DNA of 64,000 nucleotides from the NCBI RefSeq assembly GCF_963921235.1, contig NC_086099.1:116994001-117058000 (forward strand), given 5' to 3'. The stretch is from Mobula hypostoma. Its lineage: Eukaryota. Positions 48,131 through 60,990 of this stretch are shown one piece after another (positions within the stretch are counted from its first letter, which is position 1; each line of letters begins with the position of its first letter). Position numbers and translations under genes: made by a program. Below the pieces are notes generated by a model, which ran no database searches, was not told where the DNA came from, and saw only the letters and a list, made by a program, of their open reading frames with translations.

Positions 48131-49893
48131 ACCCCAGCACTGTTGCACAAAATTCTTAACGACAAGACCTAAAGTGCATTGAATATTCTCTTTCTTCGGT
48201 TCCTTTTACAAAACAAATTGTCGCTCGCCTAGCCTCCCCCCTCCAAAAAAGAATTTTTTTTTAAAAAGGACAGCTTTTTTCAGTGAACTGCATGAAGGCA
48301 GGCAGAATCAGGCTGAGTGAATGTTAGTGAGATTGTTAGTCCCTGCCAGACTTCTAGTCTCAGTAACTTTATTCAGAAATGCCCCAATAAGAAGGCAACA
48401 CTAAGGACAATGGTCTCACCAGCTAGGCTGGTGGTGGTTTCATTAGCCTATTGGAAACCCTTGCAGTTGGAGCAGAAGTGAACCTCGACAGTACTACAAC
48501 GAAGCAACACCTCAAATTCAAACATCATTCTTCACGTAAAAATACAATCCCAGGCTTCACAGGAACACAATCATGCACAATTTGATACTAAGCCACACAG
48601 GGTAGTAAGTGGCTGAAAGGTAGGTTTTAAAATGGCTCTGTCATCTGAAGGGCAGGTACCAGTGCGGGAGAGCCTACACTTGTGGGGTTCAGCAGCCTGG
48701 AGCGGAGGAGCACGGATCTCAGAGGGAGTTGGGTCTGGAGGAGATTGCAGAGTTGCAGAGGGGAGGAGAGGAGAGAGGCCAAGGGAAGTTTAAAAGAAGT
48801 GAGGAGATTGAAATCGGGTTGTGCCTATCCAGATGCCCATTTGAATCAGACGATTTGAGGATGTTGTAAGAATTTTAATGACATTGTTTATGGAAGGTAA
48901 AACTAAGGATGCCAGGGATGTCGTGAAGCAGCCATGTTTTGTCAATTGACAGGTAGGTTGTGTTGGGGGTGGGGGCAGTGTATGCCACAAGGTTGGAGCC
49001 AGGCAGTATTTCTGAAGAGATGGATTAAATATGTGGGGATGTCATATTTAGAGTCAAAATGACACTAAAACTGTACAGTCTCAGGCAAGTGCAATAGAGA
49101 ACTAGAAGCGATGGCTTGTGAGTTGAGTTTGTGGAAATGGCTGGGTGCTCTGGCTTCACTTGTCCCAACGCATGTCCGAGGGGAATTTCTGCACATCCAG
49201 TGCAGGAGATGAATAAACTGCCTGATAATTTGGAGATGTTGAAAGAAAGCTTATGGTGAGGTGAGCTGGATTGTTATTGTTTTGTAGATGTGTAATGTGA
49301 GTGAACCTGTCCTTTAGAGGGTGCAAGGAACTCTGGAGATAACATTACATGGGTGAGAAGAGAAGTTACTCTATACAATGCTTTAGCTATGCCTGGGTGA
49401 CATTGGTGATATGAATGGAGCAAGGAGACTATACTCAGTGGAGAGGCTTTGGATGAAGATGGTGTGGTCAGCCTAGTCAGAGGAGGCTGTAACTGGATTG
49501 GGAGGTGAGGGGAGAGAGAGGTTACACTTGTCCATTCACATAAGATACACTCTGGGTTTGCTTTGTGTCTGAAGAATGCTAGTACGTTCGGATTCCTTTT
49601 ATGTGATCTACTGAGCTGCTCCTCTTCAGCAGCTGAAATCTGTTGGTAAGCACTGTGACTGAGTGTGGGGCGAGAATAAAACTAGCAGAGCAGTAGTGCT
49701 GATGAATGGGCACTTTATAGCAGGTGATGTAGGTAGTGCACAGTATTTATTTAAAGGGGGCTTTAAGATTGCTTATAGATATGTATATTTCTTCACAGGC
49801 ATTGTAAATTAATTTTTGGGGGGGGGGAGTAACAATGTACAGAATGTATGTAGTAGTACTTGATCTGATATTGATGATGTAATCTACCCTGCA

Positions 49894-49899
49894 AATAAA
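49894..49899 (+). terminator. Candidate ADIPOR1 polyadenylation signal (3' UTR about 1.8 kb)
   Basis: AATAAA followed by a T/GT-rich tract, just before repeats resume at ~49985; an alternative AATAAA is at 49675-49680. Confidence 0.5.
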
Positions 49900-49984
49900 A
49901 AAGATTGGACTAGGTCTGACTGTATTTCTTTGCTTGTCCCGTAATAGCAAATTTGAGGTATTTTTCAGATACATTCACTCAATC

Positions 49985-50775
49985 ACTGATGTCAGGCAAA
50001 TAACTTCTTCCTTAATGTCAGTGAGACAAAGGAGATGGTTATCGACTTCAGGAGAACTCTCACCACTCACACTCCCCCCTCAGCAGTGGAATCTGCAAGC
50101 GGTTTCAAACTTCTGGAAGTGCAAGTCACCTGCAACCTTTCATGGTGTCAGAACACATCCTATACAATCCGGACAGTTCACCAACACCTCTACTTTCTGA
50201 AGAGAGCTGGACTCTGCACATCTATACTCACGATCTTCCACAGGTGCACAATAGAAAGCATCCTAACAAGCTGCATCACTGGTACAGGAACGGTATTGCG
50301 GCAGACAGGAGGGTTCTGCAGTGGGCAGTCAAAACTCCCCAACACATCGCCTGCACTAGCCTACCTGCCACCAAGCACATATATACATAAAGGTGCTGGA
50401 AAAGGGCCAGTAACATCATGAAGGATCCCACCCACACCACTCATGGACTGTTTGCCCCACTCGCATCAGAGACGGGGGTGTGTAGCGTCCACACCAGGAC
50501 CAACAGGCTCAAAAGCAGGGACTTTCCCCAAGCAGTAAGGCTGATTAACACCCCTCCCACTAACTCCACCACTACTTTATTATTTCCCATCAGTCAGTCA
50601 CCTGACGTACAGTCTAGTGTCACCTTACGGACATAAAATCAGTCTATGTATATAGATACTACTATTTTGTTCTTTATCATTTGGGTTTGATTTTGTGCTG
50701 CATTGGGTCTGGAGTAACAATCATTTTGTTCTTCCCACACCTGTGTACGGGAAATGAATTTAAACAATCTTGAAT
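49985..50775 (+). mobile_element. Rex1/Babar-like LINE 3' fragment
   Basis: VIDFRR, FHRCTIESILTSCIT, MKDPTH; (AATCTTG)-like tail. Confidence 0.75.
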
Positions 50776-50839
50776 CATGGTGCTCTTTAGGTATGTATCC
50801 AAATCACTTTGAAAGGTGTAGCAACATGTCTCACCACAA

Positions 50840-51285
50840 TAGAACATAGAATAGTACAGCACAGTACAGTACAGGCCCTTTGGCCCACAATCTTGTGCTG
50901 ACCCTTAAACCCTGCCTCCCATATAACCCCCCACCTTAAATTCCTCCATATACCTGTCTAGTAGTCTCTAAAATTTCATAGTGTATCTGCCTCCACCACT
51001 GACTCAGGCAGTGCATTCCACGCACCAACCACTCTCTGAGTAAAAAACCTTCCTTTAATATCCCCCTTGAAATTCCTACCCCTTACCTTAAAGCCATGTC
51101 CTCTTATATTGAGCAGTGGTGCCCTGGGGAAGAGGTGCTGGCTGTCCACTCTATCTATTCCTTTTAATATCTTGTATACCTCTATCATGTCTCCTCTCAT
51201 CCTTCTCTCCAAACAGTAAAGCCCTAGCTCCCTTAATCTCTGATCATAATGCATACTCTCTAAACCAGGCAGCATCCTGGTATCA
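50840..51285 (-). mobile_element. CR1 LINE 3' end
   Basis: ORF 50976-51296 RLRELGLYCLERRMRGDMIEVYKIL...FFTQRVVGAWNALP. Confidence 0.85.
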
Positions 51286-51789
51286 ATGCCATCCAAATGT
51301 AGAACGATAAAGGAAGGAGGCTTATGGGTATGGCAAGTTGCCGGAAGACGAGGAGGAAATCAGCAGGTCAGGCTTCATCTATGGAGGGAAATGTATACTT
51401 GATGTTTTAGGTCAAAACCCTTAATCTGCGCAGATATTCATCAGTGGGTGTATTTAAGGCAGAGCTTGAAATGTTCTTGATTGGACACAGCATCAAAGGT
51501 TACAGGGAGGAGTCCAGGGAAATGGGGTTGAGGTGGGGAAAAAGGATCAGCCATGATTGAATGGTGCAACAGACTCGATGGTCCAGATGGCCGAATTCTG
51601 CTCCTATCTCATATAGTCTTATGGTCGATTTGCATGGAGGTGCAGATGGGTGCAAATAACACGAGACAACAATGATTTTGCTTCCTGAATACTTTTGGGT
51701 GTATCGTTTGGATCTTGGACTGTTGATCATGAAATCACCATGAAATTTCCCTATCACACACCAAATTGTTGTAATTGTTATTTCAATTC

Positions 51790-52515
51790 ATAATACAAGT
51801 CAATTGAAAAATTGCCCACAATATAAGCTGAAAAGTTTTCTATGTTGTCTAGGAATGCTTGGGCAGGGTGGATACTGCATGGCAGGGCAGGTTTTGAGAA
51901 AGGCTATAAATTTCCATTAAGGATTTCAATATTTCAAACAGTCGTTTCCCAGAATAACGACACCAAGATTAAGGCATTTTTGTTGGTCCACAAATCGAGA
52001 AAATCACATGGAAGGCATTCAAGATGTTGTTAAAAATGTTCTTGGCAACTACCGAGCACCAAACTATGTGCAGCAACATGTCGCTAAAGATTCGTTTTCT
52101 GCATTCCCGTTTAGACGAATTCCCTGCAATTCTTGAAGCTGTCAGTGACGAGTACGGTGAAAAGTTTCACCGGGATATTCAATCACGTAGAAACAGTATC
52201 AGGGCAGTTGGAATCCATCGATGCTGGCTAATTATTGTTAGATATGTAAGCGAAAAGACTCGGACACTGAGTACAAACGAAAATGATCAACAAAACATTT
52301 TTAGCTTAGTTGAACTGCTGTATTGCAAAGCGTCAGCACCGTCGTGCAATTAAACGTATTATATTCAATGAAAGTTAATTTCTTGTTTCTCCTAATTCCT
52401 ATGTCATGTGATGCAAGTAGTCTAAGATTATATCTGTGTTCAGCTTCAAGCTGCCTATCATAAACGAAAAAAAATCTGAGGGGGCACCACTTTAAAAAAA
52501 ATGTCGGGGCTGCAG
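51790..52515 (+). mobile_element. Decayed Chapaev3-like (CMC superfamily) DNA transposon remnant
   Basis: Frameshifted IFVGPQI and NMSLKIRFLHSRLDEFPAILEAVSDEYGEKFHRDI, recalled as matching the MSLKIHFLHSHLDFFP...SDEHGERFHQDI motif. Family assignment from memory. Confidence 0.6.
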
Positions 52516-52639
52516 GACAGAAATGAGTCCATGATTGAAAAGCAGATTGCAGTCGGAGCTAGGGACGAAAAGTGGAAAAACTGAACAATTTTAAACTGGG
52601 AAATGCTCAACCTCTCCAAATATATCACGTGATAAGCCC

Positions 52640-52762
52640 TCAACATTGCCCCCCTCCCACCCCACCAGCGGAAAGGGACTGCGTCTACTGTTGGGGCGGC
52701 GCTCCCACCGTGCATTGTGGGAGTTGTAGTTCATATGGTTGAGTTGAAACCCGGGTTAGACG
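52640..52762 (+). promoter_or_regulatory. Promoter and probable first non-coding exon of an unidentified gene
   Basis: GC box-like GGGGCGG (~52693); ZNF143/SBS motif at 52711-52730 (minus strand ACTACAACTCCCACAATGCA); donor CG|GTAAGT at 52762/52763; strong downstream G/purine skew. Confidence 0.65.
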
Positions 52763-53784
52763 GTAAGTAGGGACGGCTGATGGCGGTTGTACGGAGGGAG
52801 GGAAGGGGAGTTGGGGGTGAGCTGTCAGCCGAGTCTCTGATCCGTCAGAGGAAAACTGGAAGTAGTTAATGTCCGAGCGTGGAGTCTATTTGAGTGAATT
52901 CCACAAACACACTAGGCCCTGGACCCCGGGGTAAGAACATTAGAATGGGCGCAGGTGGGCCGCTGTTACTGACAACCGAGGGGGGCAGGGGCAGGTGGGA
53001 CAGGAGGCCGAAGGGGAGAATACCCGGCAAGGGGAGTAATGGGAGGAGATTGGCAGGGGACCGAGGGGGTGGCACCCAGGAAAGGAAGGAAGGGAGGGAG
53101 GGAGAAGAGAAGGGGAGAAAGGCTGAGATGGGGAAGGACAGGGAAATATCAAGGAAGGATGAAATAGGGATGAACCCTGGGAGAGAAGGAGCAGGTGGGC
53201 GAGGGGGAGGAAAAAAAACAGTCGGTGGAGACGGAGGCTAGAGATGAAAGCCCAGGGAGGTGAAGCTGATAAAGTGGCTGGACGTGGGATTAAACTAGGA
53301 GAAAGGGATATAGGGAATAATCAGGGAGTGGGAATATTTTCAGAAAGAAATCGAGGAAGGGAAGTAACCAGGGGATATGAATACAGTATTCTCAAAAAAA
53401 AAGAAGAAATTGCGGAATGGTTCATGGAAGGGTCTGACCAAAGAGGAAGTTAGGTTGGAATAATGTGGGAAGAAGGAATACCTTGAAAAATGGAAACGAG
53501 GTAATTTTATGGTGTATTAAATTCATGGGTGTGGATAGGCAATTTCCCAGTAAGGAGAAGAGACAAAAGAGGAGTGTAATATAGAGGAGGTGGGAAAATC
53601 CTCAGGAGGAGGAAGTGTGGAGGTTGACATAACCAGAAAATCCACTGGTGAGAAAGGAAACGGGGAGGGAACACATGAGGGGTAGAATAAACTGAATGGA
53701 TTGACAAGGAGACTGGGACTGAATGTGGAAAGCAGAGTAATAAATTGGAGAAGGGTAGGGATGAAATTGGGCTAGGATCTGGAA

Positions 53785-55525
53785 ATAAATCAGAAACCGA
53801 TTTAATATCACCAGCATATGTTGTGAAATTTGTTAACTTTACAGCAGTAGTACAATGAATTACATGATAAATAAAGTGAAAAAACTGTGTTGTGTTTAGT
53901 ATACATGCCTGTTAATTAGTTAAAATAAGTGGTGCAAAATAACAGAAATAAGAAAGTAGTGAGGTAGTGTTAATGGGGTCAATGTCTATTCAGAAAACAG
54001 ATGGCAGAGGGGAAGAAGCTGTTCCTGAATCACTGAGTGTGTGCCTTCAGGCACCTGTACCTCCTTCCTGATGGTAGCGATGTGAAGAGGGCATGTCCTG
54101 GGTGATGGGAATCCTTAATGATGGACGCCACCTTCCTAAGGAACAGCTCCTTGAAGATGTCTTGGTTACTACAGAAGCTGGTACCCGTGGTAGAGTTTCT
54201 GCAACTTATTTTCATCTTGTGCAGTAGCCTGTCCTCCTTCCCCCCCCCCCCCACATACCAGATGGTGATGCAGCCAGTTAGAAAGCTCTCCACTGTACTT
54301 GTAGAAGTCTTTGAGTGTTTTAGTTGACAAACCAAATCTCAAAAACTCCTAATGAAATATAGCCGCTGTCTTGTCTTCTTTGTAGCTGCGTCAATATGAT
54401 GCATCCAGGTTAGGTTCTCAGAGCGATTAACACCCAGGAACTTGAAATTGCTCACTCTCTCCACTTCTGATCCCTCTATGAGGATTGGCTTGTGTTCTCT
54501 CGTCTTGCCCTTCCTGAAGTCCACAATCAGCTCTTTGGTCTTGCTGACATTGAGTGCAAGGTTGTTACTGTGACACCACTCCACTAGCTGGTATATCTCA
54601 CTCTTGTACACCCTCTCATCTCCATCTGAGATTCTACTGACAATGGTTGTAGCATCAGCAAATTTATAGATGTTGTTTGAGCTGTGCCTAGCCATACAGT
54701 TACAGGTGTAGAGACTACAGCAGTGGGCTAAGCACACATCCCTGTGGAGCGCCCATATTAATTGTCAATGGGGTTGAGATGTCATTTCCAATCTGCACAG
54801 ATTGTGGTATTCCAATTAGGAAGCTGAGGATCCAGTTGCAGAGGGAGATACAGAGGCACAGGTTCTGTAGCTTTTCGATCAGTACTGTAGGAGTGATGGT
54901 GTTAAATACTGAGCTATAGTCAATGAACAGCATCCTGATATGGGTATTTGCATCTTCCAAGTGATCTATGGCTGTGTGGAGAGCCATTTAGATCACGCCT
55001 GCTACAGACCTATAGTGACAATGTGCAAATTGTGGGTCCAGGTCCTTCCTGAAAGAGATATTCATTCTAGCCAGGACCAACCTTCCAAAGCATTTTCATC
55101 ACTGTAGGTGTGAGCAGTACTGGACAACAGTCATTGAGGCAGCTCACACTGCTCTTCTTGGGCACTGGTATAATTGTTCTTTTGAAGCAGTTGTGAACTT
55201 CTGACTGTAGCAGTAAAAGATTGAAAATGTCTTTGAATACCCCCACCAGTTGGTTGGCGCAAGTTTTCAGGGCCTTACTCCATCAGGCCCTGCTGCCTTG
55301 CGAGGGTTCACCTTCTTGAAAGACAGCCTGACGTCAGCCTCTGAGACAGAGATTTCAGAGTCACAGAGTGCTGCAGGGATCCTTATAGCTGTTGTTTTAT
55401 TCTCCCTTTCAAAGCGAGCATAAAAGGGGTTGAGTTTGTCTGAAAATGAAGCATGGGTGCCATTCACAATTTTGGGTTTTGCTCTGTGGGAATTAATGGT
55501 CTGCAAACCCTGCCAGAGTTGATGT
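53785..55525 (-). mobile_element. Rex1/Babar-like LINE (RT region to 3' tail)
   Basis: [70 protein letters not shown]. Confidence 0.85.
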
Positions 55526-56459
55526 GTATGGTAAGATATAAAAGATGGCGCACAGCCTCCTCAGTGCATTATCCAAATCCATAAAAGAAATATCTGCAAC
55601 TATTCTGCAGATCCCATTTATATTGCATGTTTGCACAGTTGAGCTATTTAATTTCTGATTTTTGCTCTGATGTGTGCAGCTTGATGCTGTAATATCAAGT
55701 TAAAATGGTTAACAAGAGAGGGTGTTATTATTGCCTAGCACCTAGTAAATACTGATGCAGTAGAAGTTTTTTTTTGGTAGATTAATTAATTTTAATATAT
55801 TGATGTTTCTATTAATATTCTAGGTGGTATGACTGGAGATGGCAGAAGACGACTGAAATAACTGATTCCATGAAGTTGGTTTTACTCATTTCTGGAAGAG
55901 CAGAAAAGACGTGGTTGGACGGAGGTAGCAGCTGCTAGACTAGAGCTCTGCCATGGCGTTTCAGATGCTCTAGTAAATCTAGTTCCTTAAGTGAAAGTAA
56001 GAATGATCTCTCTGTGAAAAGACAATGATTCTTACTCCATTTCACATTCCTGATACTTCTGCAAACCACAACAACAAATTGGATTCTTCCAGTCTTGCAT
56101 TGACTAGGTTGCAGCTGATTTGAACTGTTCAATGTAACAAATTTTCTCTCTTAGTTCTTATACTAATACTCAATGTTGCAACTCTACAGGATGGTTTGAG
56201 TTTCATTGTTTGTGTAAAATATAGAAATTTAGACACAGGAAGCCATTTGACTGATGATGTCCACATTGGTCAAAGAAAAACAAATCCAACCTCCTGAAAA
56301 ATTTTGCTAGTTCTTGAACTTCAGGTATTCATCCAGGTATTTCTTAAATGTGATTAACATTTCTGCCTCTTCCATATATTCAGGCAATGAATTCAAAACT
56401 CCCTGCGTTATCTGGTGCAGATGTTTCCAAACCTTCCCACAACTCTACCAATTTAAATC

Positions 56460-57649
56460 AAAATCCTTGAATTATTGATCCGTCTCGTAAGGGAATTGTG
56501 TGAATTCTTCCATTTCTAACTCCATAAAATTTTACATCCTTAACTATGTGTCTCTGTTAAAGTGAAGTAGCCCCAGATTATCTATTATTTTCTCATAGCT
56601 TAAAATTCCCATGTCAGCATCCTCCGAGTTTTCCAGTCTATCCATTACCACTGCTGGTGTACCTGAAAATTGTATCCAATCCTTTAGATTAGGAGTACTC
56701 TTTTCCTTTTTAAATCATGATGTTGTGACAATTGTGTTCCAGTTCTTTGGCTTGATACAGAGAATTCAAAGATGCCAAGCAACAGAGGAAAATTATAAAA
56801 TTAAATTGGATTCAGACCTAATGAGATAATTGGACTGAGGTATGCTTTGGTTGATGTACTGTACAGAATTAAAGCATGTGTCAGCTCTTGGAATGGACTT
56901 CAGTGTTCCACTGTGTGTTGGACCTTCCCCCACAAATGGTTGATTGGCCCCTAGTGCAGATGTTCCCATCTTGGGGTCCACAGACCCCTCGGTTAATTAT
57001 GAGGCTCCGGACATAAAAATGATTGGGCGTCCCTGTGCCTGGTGAAACCTATCACCATTGTGGAGATTATAAATTAAAGGAGTTTGGGATTAAATCATTG
57101 GGATGGGGTAGGGAGGCATGAGAGTAAATGCAATTTTACTGTAAATAAATGCAATGCAATATGCAATGCAATAAATAAATGCAATATGCAGATTTCATAT
57201 TGTTTCATATTTCTTACAATAGAAGAAGCTCCAGTCTTCAAAATCCTATTAAACTCTTAGTCCCCATTCCCTCACTTAGTGCCCATTCTCTTGCATATGC
57301 CCATTAAGTCGACCCAAATCTATCACCGTTGACAATAGGGATGATCTACAGTAGTCTATTCACCTAGCCAGCTCACCTTGTGGCAGTGACAACCTGAGTT
57401 ACTATAACTGAGGTAGGAGCACTACCCACTGCACCCTGGTGCCTGACATTTTTTTTGACTTTGAGCATCTATCTATTAATAGTAATTGGAATATTTTAAA
57501 CTGAGAATTTTAAGCTATGAGAAAATAATAGACTGGGGCTGCTTTATTTAAACAGAGACATGTAGTTAAGGATGTAAAATTTTATGGAGTTAGAAATGGA
57601 AGAATTCACACAATTTCCTTATGAGACGGATCAATAATTAAAGGATTTT
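56460..57649. repeat. Inverted repeat pair (~150-bp arms at 56460-56608 and 57505-57649)
   Basis: The arms are reverse complements with long exact stretches, e.g. TGTGTGAATTCTTCCATTTCTAACTCCATAAAATTTTACATCCTTAACTA. Confidence 0.85.
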
Positions 57650-58779
57650 TAGTTAAATTAAATTGGTAAAAGCCCACTAAAAGGAATTCAATAAAGTGCC
57701 ATGTAAATGGGTATGTTGCATGTTAGTGGTCATGCTATTTGGGGCAATATACCTGTAGAGAAGTAGCTCTCTAACAACACAAAACATTAAGGATAACTGG
57801 ACTATTTTCAGGTTGGTGCGCTGTAACCAGTAGAGCACAGGGATCTGTCCTGAGATTCAACTATTTGCAGTTTAGATGAATGCTTTGAGTGGAGATGGGG
57901 TATATGTGCTCATGACTGATGGGAATGAATGTGGAGGGGTTGTGAAGTGTTGGGCAGAAACTTTCAGAACACAGTATAACTGTGAGAATGTGGCCTTAAC
58001 TACTTGGGTAGGAGGATTAGAAAAACATACTCTATTGCGATTATTGACCCGAGAAAGCTCTGGCCTGGATGAGTAGTGTAGTGTAACAGAGGGTGATATG
58101 TCAGCTTCCATCACACCGTTGTGAAATTCTGGGGTCTGACCAATATACCAACACAAGGATCAGGTGCAGCCAGTCACTTGCAATGCCTTGCACTCACTCG
58201 TGTGCCTTCATGTGACCTCATGCCTGAAGACAACATGTCAACACCAGTCCACAACACTGGTCCTCATAAGCAGCTTTTCCACACAGAGATGTGGAGTGAT
58301 TCATCACTGGGTTTGTGGCAGGGACTCAGAAAGGGAGCACCTGCTGTGTTTGTGTTTGTGTTTGTTTCACAATGACTGCTTCAGGACTGATTCCACTACC
58401 AGTGTATGGAATGCTGTGGGGCAAAGAAATCTGGGTGTACTTGTATATGAAGCACAAAGTTAGCAAACAGGTACAACAAGGTTTATTACAACTGTGCAAG
58501 GCATTGTGGGACCACACTTGGAATAATGTGTAGGACTCCTTATTTAGATGGTAACATACTTGCATTGCAGGCTGATAAGAGAAAATCCACGTGGTTAGTT
58601 CCTAGAAGGAATAAAATCACAGGCAGTAATTTTACCATGATGTTAAATTGGCCATCCCTGCTTCTGTAAAGAAGGGTTGAGCAGGTAGGGTTTTTATTCA
58701 TTGCAGTTTAATATAATGTAAAGGTATCATAATATATTTAAAGTTTGCAGGGCACTTGACAGAGGAGTTGATGTAGGGA

Positions 58780-60990
58780 TAGTTCTTCAAAGTAAATTTA
58801 TTATCAAAGTACATATACTGTGTTATCATATACAACCTTAAAATTCATTTTCTTATGGAAATACTGAATAAACCTATAGAATAATAACCATAACAAAATC
58901 AATGAAAGACCGCATCAACATGGTTGTTCAAGCAGTGTGAAAAAGACAACAAACTGCAAACACAGAAAGAAAGGAATAATAATCAGAATCAGATTTAATA
59001 TCACTGGCATATGTTTTGAAATATGTTGTATGCAATTGAAAAACGTGAATTACAGTGAATATATATATATATATAAAATAGTTAAATTAAGTAAGTAATA
59101 CAAAAATAGAAATAAGAAAAGTAATGAGATAGAGTTCATAGGTTCAATGTCCATTTAGGAATCGGATGGCAGAGGGGAAGAAGCTGTTCCTGAATCATTA
59201 AGTGTGTGCCTTCAGGCTTCTGCACCTCCTTCTTGATGGTTGCCGTGAGAACAAGGCATGCCCTGGGTGATTAAATAAGCAATAAATATCAAGGACCTGA
59301 GACAGAGAGTCCTTGAACGTGAGTCTATTGGTTGTGGAAACATTCCAATGATGGGGCAAGTGAAGTTGAGTGAAGCTACCCCTTTGGTTCAAGGGCCTGA
59401 TGCTTGAGGGGTAGTAATTGTTCCTGAACCTGGGGCTCCTGTGCCTTCTTCCTGCTGGCAGCAGTGAGAAGACAGCCGCTGCCTGATGATGCATGTTGCT
59501 TTCCTGCGACAGTATTTTATGTAGATGTGTTCAATGGTGGGGAGGATTTTACCCCTGATGGCCATATCCACTACTTTTTGTAGGATTTTCCATTCAAGAG
59601 CTTTGGTGTTTCCATGCCAAGCTGTGAAGCAGCTAGTCAATATACTCTACACTGCACTAATATAGAAATTTTTCAAGGTGTTAGATGTCATGCCAAATCT
59701 TCGCGAACACCTAAGGGGGTAGGGTTGCTGCCCTGCTTTCTTCATAATTTCACTTGCGTGCTGGGCCCAGGACCAGTCCTATGAAGGATTTAAAGTCTCC
59801 ACCTCTGATCCCCTGAGGACTGCCTCATGGTGCTCTGGTTCCCTTCTCCTGAAGTCAATAATCAGCTCCTTGGTCTTGCTGACATTGAGTAAGAGGTTGT
59901 TGTTATGGCACTACTCAGCCAGATCTTCAGTCTCCTTCCTATATGCTGATTCATCACCATTTTTGATTCTGCCTGTGACAGTGGTGTCATCAGCAAACTT
60001 GAATTTGACATTGGAACTGTGCTTTGCTACACAGTCATAAGTGTAAAGTGAGTAGAGCAGGGGCCAAGCACGCAGCCTTGTGGTGCATCTGTGCTAATGG
60101 AGATTGTGGAGGAGATATTGTTGCCAATCCGAACAGGCTAGGGTCTGCAAGTGTGGAAATCAAAGATCCAATTCCACAAGGTGGTATTGAGATCAAGGTC
60201 TAGGAGCTTATTGATAAGTTTTTGAAGAGATAGTGGTATTGAATGCTGAGCTGTAGTCAATAAAGAGCATCCTGTTTTATGCATCTGTGCTGTCCAGATG
60301 TTCCAGGCTTGAGTAAAGAGCCAATGAGGTGGACCTGTTGCTTTAGTAGGCAAATTAGAGCAGATCTAAGTCGCTTTGCAGGCAGTAGTTGATACGTTTT
60401 ATCACCAACTTCTCAAACACTTCATCACTGTGGATGTAAGTGCTCCTGGACGATGGTCAGTGAAGCAGGTCACCACTTTCTTCTTGGGCACCAGTATAAT
60501 TGAGGCCTGCTTGAAGCAGGTGGGTACCTTTAGATCGCAAAATGAGAGGTTAAAGTTCTCGGTGAACACTCCAGCCAGTTGATCAGCATAGGTCTTTAAT
60601 ACTTGGCCATGTACCCCATCTGGGCCGGATGCTTTTCATGGGTTTACATTCCTGAAGGCAATCATTGGTAGATACGGGAGTTTGTGATGTTTCCTCCATA
60701 TTTTGACAGTCAAAGTGAGCATAGAAGGCATTGAGCTCATCTGGAAGTGAAGCTCTGCTGTCGCCTATGTCACTTGATTTAATTTTATAAGAGGTTGATA
60801 GTATTCAAGCCCTGCCACAACAGTCAAGCTACTTCATTGACTGAAGTTTAGTCTGGAATTGCCACTTAGCCTGTGTGGTTACTTTCCGAGATCGTACGTG
60901 GACCTCTTGTAATTTTCTTGATCACCAGACTTGAATGCCTCTGATCTGGCTGTCAGCAGATTGCGGATCTCATGGTTCATCCAGGGCTTT
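58780..60990 (-). mobile_element. Rex1/Babar-like LINE (decayed, partly nested tails)
   Basis: AWHGNTKALEWKILQKVVD, LDLNTTLWNWIFDF, repeated C-terminal motif. Confidence 0.8.
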
